From Octopus bimaculoides (Eukaryota): a DNA stretch of 48,295 nucleotides. Of this stretch, positions 37,125 to 48,295 are shown piece by piece. The position numbers and the translations under genes were made by a program. The notes beneath the pieces were generated by a model. It was not told the DNA's origin. It did no database searches and saw only the letters and a list, made by a program, of their open reading frames with translations. The DNA lies in the NCBI RefSeq assembly GCF_001194135.2, contig NC_068981.1, forward strand, positions 99,193,611 to 99,241,905. Reading direction: 5' to 3'. Position 1 is the stretch's first letter. Each line of letters opens with the position of its first letter.

Positions 37125-37660
37125 TTGTTGTTGTTGGCACTCCGTCGCTTACGACGTCGAGTGTTCCAGTTGATCCAATCAACAGAACAGCCTGCTCATA
37201 AAATTAACGTGCAAGTGGCTGAGCACTCCACAGACACGTGTACCCTTAACGTAGTTCTCAGGGAGATTCAGCGTGACACAGAGTGTGACAAGGCTGACCC
37301 TTTGAATTACAGGCACAACAGAAACAGGAAGTAAGAGTGAGAGAAAGTTGTGGTCAAAGAGTACAGCAGGGNNNNNNNNNNGTGTACCCTTAACGTAGTT
37401 CTCAGGGAGATTCAGCGTGACACAGAGTGTGACAAGGCTGACCCTTTGAATTACAGGCACAACAGAAACAGGAAGTAAGAGTGAGAGAAAGTTGTGGTCA
37501 AAGAGTACAGCAGGGTTCGCCACCATCCCCTGCCAGAGCCTCGTGGAGCTTTTAGGTGTTTTCGCTCAATAAACACTCACAACGCCCGGTCTGGGAATCG
37601 AAACCGCGATCCTATGACCGCGAGTCCGCTGCCCTAACCACTGGGCCATTGCGCCTCCAC
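37125..37660 (-). mobile_element. SINE family D with a different, (AAC)n-ending 3' tail
   Basis: Same head and body as the 35205-35514 copy. An isolated piece of this tail also lies at ~36232-36320. Contains a duplication around a 10-N gap. Confidence 0.85.
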
Positions 37661-37804
37661 TTCAATGCATGTAATAATAAATAAATAGAAAATCCCATCA
37701 AAACTCATGCAAGGATAAGAAAACAGCTATGAAGCAGTCAGAGAGATTAAAACAAGACTGATGTATATCAAATAACCACAAAAATGTATTATCAGCAAAA
37801 TACC

Positions 37805-38220
37805 AAACGTTGGCTCAAGGCCATAAATATGTAGTGGAGGGGTGTAGTTGATCAAATAGACCCAGCACTTGACTGGTGCTTACTTTATCGACCATGGAAG
37901 AATGAAAGGTAAACACAGAGGGGTTCAGAGTGACTTTAAAGAAATATAATTAAATGCTGTAAGGCATTTTGTTTGGATCTCTACAAACTCTCTCATTTAC
38001 CACTATCCAAAATAGTGATAATATGTTATATTGGCCCAAGATGACACATTTGAAGGGGAGCAGTTTATTTGTTTGAATCAACTTCTGTGTAATAAATACC
38101 AGTATTTAATTCATTTGGCCTGGGAGGATGAAAGGTAAAGACAACCTTAATAAAATTTGAACTCAGAACAGTGTGGTACCAAGCTAAATAATATACATCT
38201 TTCCAGCTCAGTTCACTATT
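37805..38220 (-). mobile_element. Two old SINE family A copies just 3' of the LONP2 stop codon
   Basis: Degenerate ggctcaaggcc...gactggtgcttactttatcgac...atgaaaggtaaa and ggatgaaaggtaaagac...tttgaactcagaac. Confidence 0.6.
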
Positions 38221-38344
38221 GTTAGTGATAATACCAATATACCAATAATATTAAAATACAAAACATATTTAATATTTTGTCCTCTCCCAATAAATTTGGT
38301 CAGTTTTTTTTTTTCTTTTTACAAATTGTGTTGTCCAGAATTTT

Positions 38345-38458
38345 TTAAAGTTTACTTTGAACTTGTAAGAATGGAATGGTCAGTTTTGGAAAGTCATCAT
38401 CAAAAGCAGCATTGAGAACATCTGTGACATTCTGAGCAAGGATGAAGGACAGCTGGTT
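38345..38458 (-). CDS. LONP2: LONP2 terminal coding exon: NQLSFILAQNVTDVLNAAFDDDFPKLTIPFLQVQSKL*
   Basis: Acceptor tttcttactttcag|AAC. DVLNAAFD matches the Lon C-terminus. Ends SKL-TAA, a canonical PTS1, which identifies the peroxisomal paralog rather than mitochondrial LONP1. Confidence 0.92.
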   Translation of the reverse strand, partial: NQLSFILAQNVTDVLNAAFDDDFPKLTIPFLQVQSKL

Positions 38459-38551
38459 CTGAAAGTAAGAAATGAATAAAAATGTAGAAGTTGTGGTGGT
38501 AGATGCGATATTATGAATGGTGTTGATGGCATTAGTATGGTTTTGTTGCTG

Positions 38552-38583
<32 letters not shown>

Positions 38584-38884
38584 AACTGTGTTGCAGCTGA
38601 ATAGTAACAGTAGTAGCTGGTAGGGTGGTCCTGCAGTGATGATGATGGTTTTAGAGTAGGACAAAAGGAATATTCTTGAAGTGATAGTCTTTATTACATC
38701 TCTTGATACACAAATATACAGCTTTTCTATTTTTACTTCCAATCAAATTCATGCTAATTGGTGACCATTACTAGCCCATCAATCAATGGGACTTTCCTTA
38801 TAGTGCATCAAACTTATGATGATATTGTTAACATAAAATAGTTGAGTACTTTGTGTGGAAATGTTGAGATGTCATGCATGTACA

Positions 38885-39830
38885 GTATCATCATCTTTTA
38901 ATGTCTGTTCTCCATGCTGGTATAAGTTAGATAGTTGGACAGGAGTTGACCAGCTCAAGGGCTGCCTGGGCTCCATTTGTCTGTTTTGACATAGTCTCTA
39001 GGACTGGATGCCCTTCCTAATGCCAACCACTTTACAGAGTGTACTGGGTGCTTTTACATGGCACTGGCACTTTTATGTGGCACCAAATAGATTATGGTGG
39101 TGGTGATATCCTTAATGTTTAATGAGAGTGTCTAATGTTTAATGAGAGTGTCTAATGTTTAATGAAAGTGGTCACATGGGATGAGCAGATATAGGAGCAT
39201 GATATCTTTAGACTGGAAGAAAGTATAGCAGCTATGACACTTGCAGGCACTCACAATCTGGTGATGTTTGATGTGGTTGATAGTCAGAAGCTTTGTAAGT
39301 CAATAACTTCAGGAAAAATATGAGTGGGGGAAGATATTACAGAAGGTTGCCATTCTGTTTGGGAAGAAAGGCTCACAGATAGTGGTTAGTGGTGCGTCAA
39401 AAAGAAGAGAGGAGCATGAAAGGCACAATATGAGTGATGAGAGAACATGGTTTTTGTTGCTACAAGTTAGGAAAGAAAGCAGGATTTATTGTGAGATAGA
39501 TATAGACAGTAGGAATAGAATGAGAAAAAAGTGGTTTAATAAGTGAAGCTAAGGATAGGGAAGAGAGGATGATAAAGGACTGAGATATCTGGCACCTTGC
39601 TGTACTCAAGAAGACCTCTCTTCCACAACAGAAGTGTTAATTCCACTCCCGCTGATGAAGAGGATTGATCTGCAAGAGCCCTACACTGGTGTTACATAAA
39701 AAGCACTCATGTCAGCACTATGCACCATGTAAAAGCACTTGTGCTCTTACATGGTACTGATGCCACATTAAAAGCACCCAGCGCACACTGTAAAGTGGTT
39801 GGCATTAGGAATGGGAAATAAGCTGTAGAA
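38885..39830. mobile_element. Two family F copies in inverted orientation inside the last LONP2 intron
   Basis: 39011-39065 is the reverse complement of 39761-39815 apart from a few mismatches (shared ttcctaatgccaaccactttacag...ctgggtgctttta). Confidence 0.75.
39113..39170. repeat. 20-bp tandem repeat x~3 (taatgtttaatgagagtgtc)
   Basis: Units at 39113, 39133 and 39153 (last one partial). Confidence 0.9.
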
Positions 39831-40008
39831 ATGAAGCCAATTCAGAAACTGGTGCAGCTCACCTGCTTTCCAGCTCTGGTCAAAACATCCAACCTATACT
39901 GGCATGGAAAACAGACAGGATGAAGATGATGATGATGAATGAACACTTAAACAAGAGACATAATATAACAGAAGCACCCACTCTAGTGAGCCTCTGCTCA
40001 CAACTTAC

Positions 40009-40119
40009 TTTTACATTTACCGGGATCTCATGTAAGTCTTTCTCATTTTTCTTAGGCATAATTATCCGTCGTATTCCTGCTCGATGGGCAGCCAAGACTT
40101 TCTCTTTGATGCCACCAAC
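40009..40119 (-). CDS. LONP2: LONP2 exon with catalytic Lys: [37 protein letters not shown]
   Basis: [15 protein letters not shown] motif. The second Lys (40099-40101) is 43 residues after the catalytic Ser, as in Lon Ser-Lys dyads. Acceptor ttgcatttcag|GTT, donor AAA|gtaagt. 111 nt. Confidence 0.95.
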
Positions 40120-40189
40120 CTGAAATGCAACAAGGAGAGATTAGAGGTATCATGGTAAATAATCTGAGAGCAACATATGCTAGATAATC

Positions 40190-40335
40190 TTCAACCAGAG
40201 AAACAGCATTGAAGTCTCACTTAAATTGGATAATGTAGTCTCTGGTATACAAAAGATGGGATGGTCATGGTTAGAAAACTTTTGATCAAGACTCTGCTCC
40301 ATCAGAGCTGACCTTGGGCTAAAACAACAAGGTTA
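40190..40335 (+). repeat. Old dispersed retroposon-like family G fragment (ggatggtcatgg...tttgatca...gctaaacaacaac)
   Basis: Diverged homologs at ~7520-7610, 23730-23830, 34900-34980, 35540-35630, 45050-45200 and, inverted, at ~10240-10300 and 32580-32650. Confidence 0.55.
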
Positions 40336-40959
40336 CATACTACACAGTGATTCAACTACCAATGTAAAGTACTTGTTTCATAATAAGAAGCTATTACAAA
40401 ATAAAAATATTTGGCCAGTACTAGTCTTTAATAACTATCTCACATCTTTTTTCTACCTGCTGCTTCATCAGAAATGGAGAAATTATGTTTAGAAATTCCA
40501 AAAGTAATGGTGATAGGAAATTTATATTCTGGCAGGGTAAACCAAGTCATTAAAGTCAAGAATAATAAACATGTGGTTGGGAAGTAAACTTATCACACAG
40601 CCATTCCTGCACCTACATATATATATATATATATCACTATTATTGATCAGACTATCGTATAATGTTACTGCTGGTCAAAATGTGCTTCCTTGCACTGTTG
40701 TTACTTTCAAATAATGCCACCCTGCTGGCTAGGTGGGCAAGCCAACATTCCCCCTGGATGGAACACAGGGTTAGCCATTAACAGCTGAGTGAACTGGAGC
40801 AACAAGAAATGATGTGTTTTTCTCAAGAGGAAATCAAACCCATGATCTTGCAGTTGTAAGTACAACTGCCCTAAACACTAGGCCATGTGCCTTCATACAT
40901 ATATATATAGATAGATAGACTTATGAGCATATATACATACATATAAACACACACACAAC

Positions 40960-41297
40960 TATTTTCTCTTTTACTTGTTTCAGTCATTTGACTGTGGCCA
41001 TGCTGGAGCATCGCCTTTAGTCAAGCAAATCAACCCCAGGACTTATTCTTTGGATGCCTAGTACTTATTCTATCGGTCTCTTTTGCCGAACCGCTAAGTT
41101 ACAGGGACGTAAACACACAAGCATCGGTTGTCAAGCGATGTTGGGGGGGACATATATACGATAGGCTTTCAGTTTCCATCTACCAAATCCATTCACAAGG
41201 CTTTGGTCGGCCCGAGGCTATAGTAGAAGACACTTGCCCAAGGTACCACGCAGTGGGACTGAACCCGGAACCATGTAGTTGGTAAGCAAGCTACTTA
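40960..41297 (-). mobile_element. SINE family B copy in a LONP2 intron
   Basis: Head gtaagtagcttgcttaccaaccacatggttccgggttcagtcccactgcgtggtaccttgggcaagtgtcttctactatagcc. Further partial copies at ~36895-37050 (-) and ~47590-47730 (+). Confidence 0.8.
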
Positions 41298-41908
41298 CAT
41301 CATCATTTCCTTTATTATTTTTACATATTTTTGAAGCTGGCATGAGTTGGATAGGTTGGCATTAGCAAGGGCACTGGATGCAGAATACTGCTTCAAGAAG
41401 TCACATTTATTAAAAAAAAAAAAAGACAAAGGAAAAACGATGACGATGATGAATGGAATTGACGCAAATGATGTTGGATATTTTTTCCCCTTTTTTTTGT
41501 AATTTTGAAGATGGCTGATTGAGTCAGACAAGGTAAAAACTAACTTTGTTATTTTTGCAATAACAACACTGATTTATTTATAAGAAGGAAAACAAAAACA
41601 ACAAAAGACAAAAAAAATATATAGATATCGTTTCCATTTCACAGCTGAGCGATTAGTATTTGCCAAATTCATCCATCTGTAGAAATCTGATCCAAAACAA
41701 TCTATGCCACCAATGTTACTGAATCATCTGTTAACATTTACATGAAATAACAAGCATAAAATGATTTGTGTGTGTGTGTGTGCGTGCGTGCGTGCGTACG
41801 TATGCATAACAATGTCTTTTTCTAAAGTAGTTCTTTTTTTTTCTCATAAATTTTAATTCGGCAGTAAATGTATTATCACGTTATAATAAAAACAAAAAGC
41901 CGTCTCAC

Positions 41909-42106
41909 CGGCAGCACGAGGCCTCTCAGAGTTATCTCCCCTGTCATAGCTGTATCAGAACGAACAGCATGCCCACTGAACAAAGACACCAAGACGCAGA
42001 CTACGGTAACTCCAGCAGAGGGTCCATCTTTACCAACAGCTCCAGCCGGGAAATGAATGTGTAAATCTATGTTTTTCCGATCCACAGAGAAAGTTTCCAA
42101 ACCAAG
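41909..42106 (-). CDS. LONP2: LONP2 exon with catalytic Ser: [66 protein letters not shown]
   Basis: Lon signatures [15 protein letters not shown] (Ser codon 42017-42019) and [10 protein letters not shown]. Acceptor tttattgtag|CTT, donor CCG|gtgaga. 198 nt, phase 0-0. Confidence 0.95.
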
Positions 42107-42343
42107 CTACAATAAAGCATAAAATAATGCATCAACATTCAATATATGTGTGTTTAGAGTTAACTGTCAGAAAAAAAGAGGATTCAATACCATGGTAAAG
42201 TTTAGTAATATATTTATTTTGGTTAAGTCAGTCTCTTCTAAGCTGAGTTTCACCTATAGATACACAGGATCTTCAGGTGAAACTCAGAGTAGCATGAGAT
42301 TGACTTGCCCCAAATAATGGGAAAGAAAATTATATTATATATA

Positions 42344-43616
42344 TTGGGTCATCCCATAAATAGTGAGATATTTTCAGTTGCATGAACTAAAAGTCAGAGG
42401 AGAACAGGATAAACTACCTGCATCAACTTGCTGCAAAAGTAGCTAATAATTTACCTTGTACTTATTCTTAGAGCGAGTTTTGAAGAGTGCAGTTCGATTT
42501 TAACAGTTATTTTTTCCAAGCTTTAATGGAAGTGACAAAGGAGCATATTTGGCATATTTTGCTTTATGTGTTCAATAAAGGCAACAACACAACAGAAAGT
42601 GCGAGGAACATTAATGCAGCATCTGGGGATCAGACAATAAGCATAAGCCAGTGTCAACAGAAGATCCAGAAATTTCGAAGCCGGAAACTACAGCCTAGAA
42701 GACAAGCCTCATCCTGGAAGATCTGTAGAGCTTGACAAGGATGTCCTGCAAACCCTGGTGGAACAAAATCTCATCGTAACTGTTGAGGAACTAGCAGAGA
42801 AGCTTAGATTTGGTCATTCAACCATTCATCGATACCTGTGAGCCATCAAAAAAGTCAGCAAATTGGGTCAATGGTTTCCTCACAAACTTTCCATGTCTAA
42901 TCACATGCAGGGAGTGAATGTGTGCTCTTTTTTGTTGTCACATCTCACAAATTAACCTTTTTTGGACCAAATAGTGACTGGAGATGAGAAATAGGTTCTC
43001 AAAAAAAATCTCAAGTGCCTAAAACAGTGGGTAGGGAAAAGAGAAACACCAGGCTAAAGAAGGTCTTTACCCACATAAGGTGTTGTTATCTGTTTGATAG
43101 GATATGAAAGGTTTAGTCCACTTTGAACTTTTAAACCCAAACCAAATGATAACAAAGATCTACTGTGAGCAGCTTGAGCGGCTTAAGTCAGCACTAGAAA
43201 AAAAATAACTATCTTTAGTTTCAAGACAAAAGATGTTTTTCCATCAGGATATTGCTCAGCCACATACAGCAAGGATCACATTCCAAAGGCTGGAGCAGTT
43301 TGAATGGGAAACGATGCCCCACCCACCATATTTGCCAGACATTGCCCCATCTGATTATCATTTATTATGCAGTCTTCAAAATCATTTGGATGGAAAAAAT
43401 ATGAATTTTGTAGACAAGGTCAGAACAGTACTGGAGGAGCATTTTTCATCATGGACAAGTGAATTTTGGAAGAAGGGCCTTGCAAGTCTACTAGATAGAT
43501 GAAAGAGCATTGTAGAAAACGAAGGAGAGTATATTTTAGATTTAAAAAGAACTTTATCTTAATTTTGAAAAATAAAAGAAGTATAAAAAAACCACATTAT
43601 TTATGGGATGACCCAA
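42344..43616 (+). mobile_element. Full-length (~1.27 kb) degenerate mariner transposon in a LONP2 intron, antisense to the gene
   Basis: 22-bp TIRs (ttgggtcatcccataaatagtg / cattatttatgggatgacccaa, 1 mismatch), TA on both sides, internal transposase. Confidence 0.95.
42526..43545 (+). pseudogene. Mariner DD34D transposase pseudogene (stops and frameshifts)
   Basis: MEVTKEHIWHILLYVFNKG N-terminus, WFPHKL (WVPHEL-like), IVTGDEK, FFHQDIAQPH, HPPYLPDIAPSDYHL (YSPDLAPSD-like). Confidence 0.93.
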
Positions 43617-44361
43617 TATATATATACATATACATACATACATACAAAGTGCAATTACCATGTGGAAAACACTAGCCATTCAAAAATACACAAAAACTGT
43701 TAGGTTCACTTAAGAATTTATCATTAAATGCAAATTTTTTGTAGCCCTGACTGCAACCTTGTCTTTGACACAGTTCCATATGGCCTCAGATCAAACCATT
43801 TGCCTGACAAGTACATTTATCTATCTATATACATATATATAGTATAATTCAGGTAAAAACCTTGTAACATGCATTTAAGAGCTCTTATATTGTTATTTGG
43901 TTACATGTTATCCTACTGTAGGGTACATCCTGGGGCTGCATGCACATGCGAAACTCCCCAACTCCTCTTTGCACAAGATTAATACAAAAATAACATAACA
44001 CAAGGATGAAGGATATCAGGCTTTAAAAGTAGATCACAGTATTTGTTTCTGCATTGCACACCAGCTTTAAGTCACTGAGTTTATATCTATATACCATTAT
44101 AGACAGTCATTCTTTATAATTACTATATCGCTGAATACTTTTGAGCAACAGTTGTGTCTGGACACTTCATCGGGTGGAAGACAATCAATTCTTGTTGGAT
44201 TTTACTGAATATTGAGTATTCAACTATAGAGTAATTATAAAGAATGACCTTCTATAATGGTGCATGAATATAAACTCAGTAACTCAAAAAGTTGGTGTGG
44301 TGCAGAAACAAATGTGATCTATTAAAGCCTGATATCCTCCATCTTTGTGTTATATTATTCT

Positions 44362-44403
<42 letters not shown>

Positions 44404-46115
44404 CACACACACTTATATTTTAAGATAGAGTGTTAAACAATTCTTCAATAGCTTGTATTAGCGCCCATGTGTATCTACCACTTTCGCCCTCCACAAAAAA
44501 TTCCAAATTTTATTTAATCTGCTTTGAGGGAAGGACTGTTTTAACGAAGTCATGTTTTGTCTTTACCTTCAAAACGCAAAGTAGATAAAACAGGGGACAA
44601 CTGATGAAAGGAATGTTCTTTATGTTGCATGTCTTGTTTCTCTGTTTGTTGCTTTTTTCGTTGTTCGAAAAGAAGTTCGTTTTCTATGTTTTTGTTTTTT
44701 ATATTCTCATTTCTCATTCTGTCCACATTTTTCTAATGTCCTGTACCCATATATGCATGTATATATACATATATATGTAGGTATGTACATATGTATGTAT
44801 ATATGCATATATTTACATATCATTTATATTATATTATATTATAATATATATNNNNNNNNNNNNNNNNNNNNNNNNNNNNNNNTATATATATATATATATA
44901 TATATATTCAGTATGGTTTGTTTTCTTTTTAGTTTAGTGTTGACTGTTTTTTAAAAAAATTATTAATCGAAACATACTGACATCTCTCTCAACTTCTGGT
45001 ATTTCCAGAGTTCAGCTCAATAAAGTCTTTATTGTCAACTCATCTTAACAGAAACAGCAGCAAAATCTCTCTTAAATAACACCCTACCAACTTAATTAAA
45101 GAAAGGACTCATCAAGTGATGTGATCTTATATACCACTAAAAACAACAGGTGGTCACAGTAGGGATCCATTCAATCAATGGCCTGAAGCTAAACAATTTC
45201 CAGAGTTAAATAACTTTGGGCATTCTGTACAACAATCTAGCCAACATTGAGTACAAGAGCATTATGGTTTTATATGACACAGTCCCTAATAACATGTTCT
45301 GTAAGTATTAAGTAAGTTGTATAACACCAACACTCAATTTTGACTTATTTTGACCATTCAAAATGTAAATTTCTGCAAAAAGAAAGAGATACTATCATCC
45401 TTCTGAATCATGTACAAATCTTTTGAACTGGTCAATTAATTCATTATAGAAATTGATGAATGATCATATCATTGATGAAATGATTGCAAAGATCAGGAAA
45501 GTGGGTACTGTTTTTATTGATCTGAGCTATTTATAGTGATAAGCAGATATTTATTTCATGATCAGAGTTTACAGTGAGTACTTTAACTGGTACTAGTATA
45601 TGTGTACTACATGATTTCAGTGTGTTTTGCCAGTATCAGCCCTGAGTGAGTAATCTTGACATGTGCTAGCTTATCTTCAGTCAGGTGTTACTTGTACTTT
45701 CTGTCAAAAGTTTATTTTACTGCACCACACACTTGGGATGGACCACATAATCTATGAAATCCTGGGTCGCATAATTTCTGACTGAAAGTCTTGTTAATGA
45801 AAGTGGTCCTTGATTAGATAAACTTTCAATATCATAAGGGCAATATCAAATAAAAGGTATGAGAAGTTTTCCAGTCATAGTTATATAGGTACTTGTTACC
45901 TTCCAGCTTACAGCTCAATTAAGAAACCTCATTAGTGATTCAAAACTGATTTTCTCTTCCATACTATTGATTCTTTTCTTTGTCTTTCCTCTCTAATTTC
46001 TACATAGTATTTGAAATCATAGCAAACGAACATACATTAGGTACACTGTTCATAGTTGGTCATGTCAATGACTAATCTGATATGTTTTCAAATGATGTAT
46101 GTGTTTGTGTGGATG

Positions 46116-46239
<124 letters not shown>

Positions 46240-46632
46240 CCAGTCTTATAAACTAATCACAAATACTAATACCCCTATGAAATCTTCATTATAAACTAAA
46301 CACAGATTTTATTTTACACAGTGGTTATTTGTATCTATTCTTTTAAAGATGCACTAACATTTGTATATCTTGTAGCAGAAGCAGATAAATTGGTGGTTAA
46401 TACTAATTTCTCACATTGGCACATAACCACAAATTTGTAGAAAGTAAATATATACTTTATTGGTCCTGGAGGATTAAAAAGCAAAAATGGTTTAGAAGAG
46501 AGAACACAATTTCAAAAAACTACTCCTTTCCACATAACTATTATGTGGTTTATAAAAAGTTACAACCTCAAGATACAGTATGAGACTAGAAAACAAATTG
46601 ATTTTCTTAACCCCTGTATTGATAATGATTAC

Positions 46633-46845
46633 CTTTTTAGCATGACTCCTCACCCAGTTAAGGGCCAGTGTGGCTGACTCCTTCATTATATCACCAAGCT
46701 GTCCAGTCAAAGTGAGCTGACCTTCTCCAGCCATACTTAGAGCTTCTACAAACATAATTTGCCCTCCATTCTCAGTCCAGGCCAGACCAACAGCTACTCC
46801 AGGTTGGGCCAAACGCTCAGACATTTCATTGTAATACATGGGTGG
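46633..46845 (-). CDS. LONP2: Peroxisomal Lon protease internal exon (start of protease domain): [71 protein letters not shown]
   Basis: Lon motifs [10 protein letters not shown] and [15 protein letters not shown]. Acceptor ttttatttgtag|CCA, donor AAG|gtaatc. 213 nt, phase 0-0, in frame with the next exon. Confidence 0.93.
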
Positions 46846-48054
46846 CTACAAATAAAATCAACTGTCATTAATTTTCAATTCCTAAAAAACACAAAATATA
46901 AAATAAACAATTTCAATTCCCAAGTCTTCTCTACAAACTATTTCCTTGTCTGATGGAGTGATGACAGTAAAACCAATATAATACAAAATTCCAGCCATCA
47001 CACAAGTCTCTTCTTTCTTCCAGGATATCCATTTCCTTTACTCACCACTAATCAGGACCATACTTGCCCTAGCTTTATCCCTATGCCTCAATTTCATAGC
47101 AATACTGTTGTCTATAACTAAAATCAATCTACCAATCACTTTCTTCCAAAGAAACACATTAACTCAACTTTTAGATGTCCTCCTTAACTTTATACAATCT
47201 TCACTCCTATTGAGACACATAACTTTTCTCCACACTCATGTCTTGTCAAACTATTTATTAGCTATTAAGCATATTACCTGTACTAAAATCATTACATCAT
47301 CCAATTACTCAGTCTCTACTTAATCCATGAGAGAATAACAGTTTATGTTGGTATAAGGCCAAATATTTCAGCAATCAGTAATGACAATTGATTAGCCACT
47401 AGCATATGTTTAACAAACTCAGTAGGGTTTGAACTCAGAATGTAGTGCAATATATTCGAATGCTGTAAAGCATTTAGTTCAGAATCTACCAATACCACAA
47501 TCCACATGATGAAGATGATAATGATAGTGGTGCGTAAGAAGATGGGGCATAAGAAGAGGAGGATTTGAGATGTTTTTCAAGAAAGAAATATATGGCTTTG
47601 TGGTTAAGAAGTTTATTTTGCAACCACACGATTTCAGATTCACTCCCATTGCATAACACCTTGGGTCAAATGTCTTTAACTATAGCTTTGGGTTAATCAA
47701 AACCCTGCATGTAAAATGAGATAAATGAAAATTATGCAGAAGCCTGTTGAAGGGATTGTTCTTGTTTTTAGGCATTAGACTTAATCTGCTAACTCAACAC
47801 TACCAACTGACCTTTAGATGCCTTTAATAGAGTACAATCTACTGAAAGCATTCAGGGCATATCTCTGGTACAAGAATAACTCCCCCTAATCTTAGTGACC
47901 CTGAAAAGAATCATAGACATTGCTCTATCGCCTCTCCTAAGACATGTAAAAGAGAAAAAAACATGAGACCAATGCTGAATTGTAATAGAAATTGAATTCA
48001 GGATTACAGTACCCAATTAAAGACCATACAACAGTCACTACTGCAGAATCCTAT

Positions 48055-48295
48055 CATCATCATCATCATTTAACGTCCGCTTTCCATGCTAGCATGGGTT
48101 GGACGATTTGACTGAGGACTGGTGAAACCGGATGGCAACACCAGGCTCCAGTCTGATTTGGCAGAGTTTCTACAGCTGGATGCCCTTCCTAACGCCAACC
48201 ACTCAGAGAGTGTAGTGGGTGCTTTTACGTGTCACCCGCACGAAAACGGCCACGCTCGAAATGGTGTCTTTTATGTGCCACCCGCACAAGAACCA
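48055..48295 (-). mobile_element. Retroposon 3' region with (GAT)n tail (family F, RTE-type 3' UTR)
   Basis: (cat)n-ttaacgtccgctttccatgc...ctggatgcccttcctaacgccaacc. Same-orientation copy at ~38885-39085; opposite-orientation copy at ~39680-39830. Confidence 0.65.

Noticed and set aside
37238-37515. 134-bp direct repeat (37238-37371 / 37382-37515)
   Set aside because: Identical copies either side of a 10-N gap indicate an unmerged contig overlap, i.e. an assembly artefact.
46492-46632. ORF-track extension [10 protein letters not shown]... after HAKK
   Set aside because: Intron read-through: Lon similarity stops at the GT donor, and the next exon continues in frame.

Overview
AT-rich, microsatellite- and retroposon-dense animal genomic DNA with about a dozen N gaps. 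The repeat families look like those of an octopus (coleoid cephalopod) assembly; this is recognition from memory, not a database result. The only host gene I can support is the 3' end of LONP2 (peroxisomal Lon protease): four phase-0 minus-strand exons (46633-46845, 41909-42106, 40009-40119, 38345-38458) encoding the protease domain with the Ser-Lys dyad and a C-terminal SKL (PTS1). The rest of the gene lies beyond the right edge. The remainder is mostly mobile-element debris: several tRNA-derived SINE families (many with target-site duplications, including a five-copy head-to-tail stack), L1-Tx1, RTE, CR1/L2-like and R4/Dong-like LINE fragments, a full-length degenerate mariner, a Helitron 3' end, a hAT MITE and other inverted-repeat elements. 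Most ORF-track entries are microsatellite or gap artefacts. I found no convincing novel protein-coding system. The best leads are SINE stacking and tail swapping, inverted repeats around the LONP2 exons, and a few orphan promoter/splice-signal clusters.
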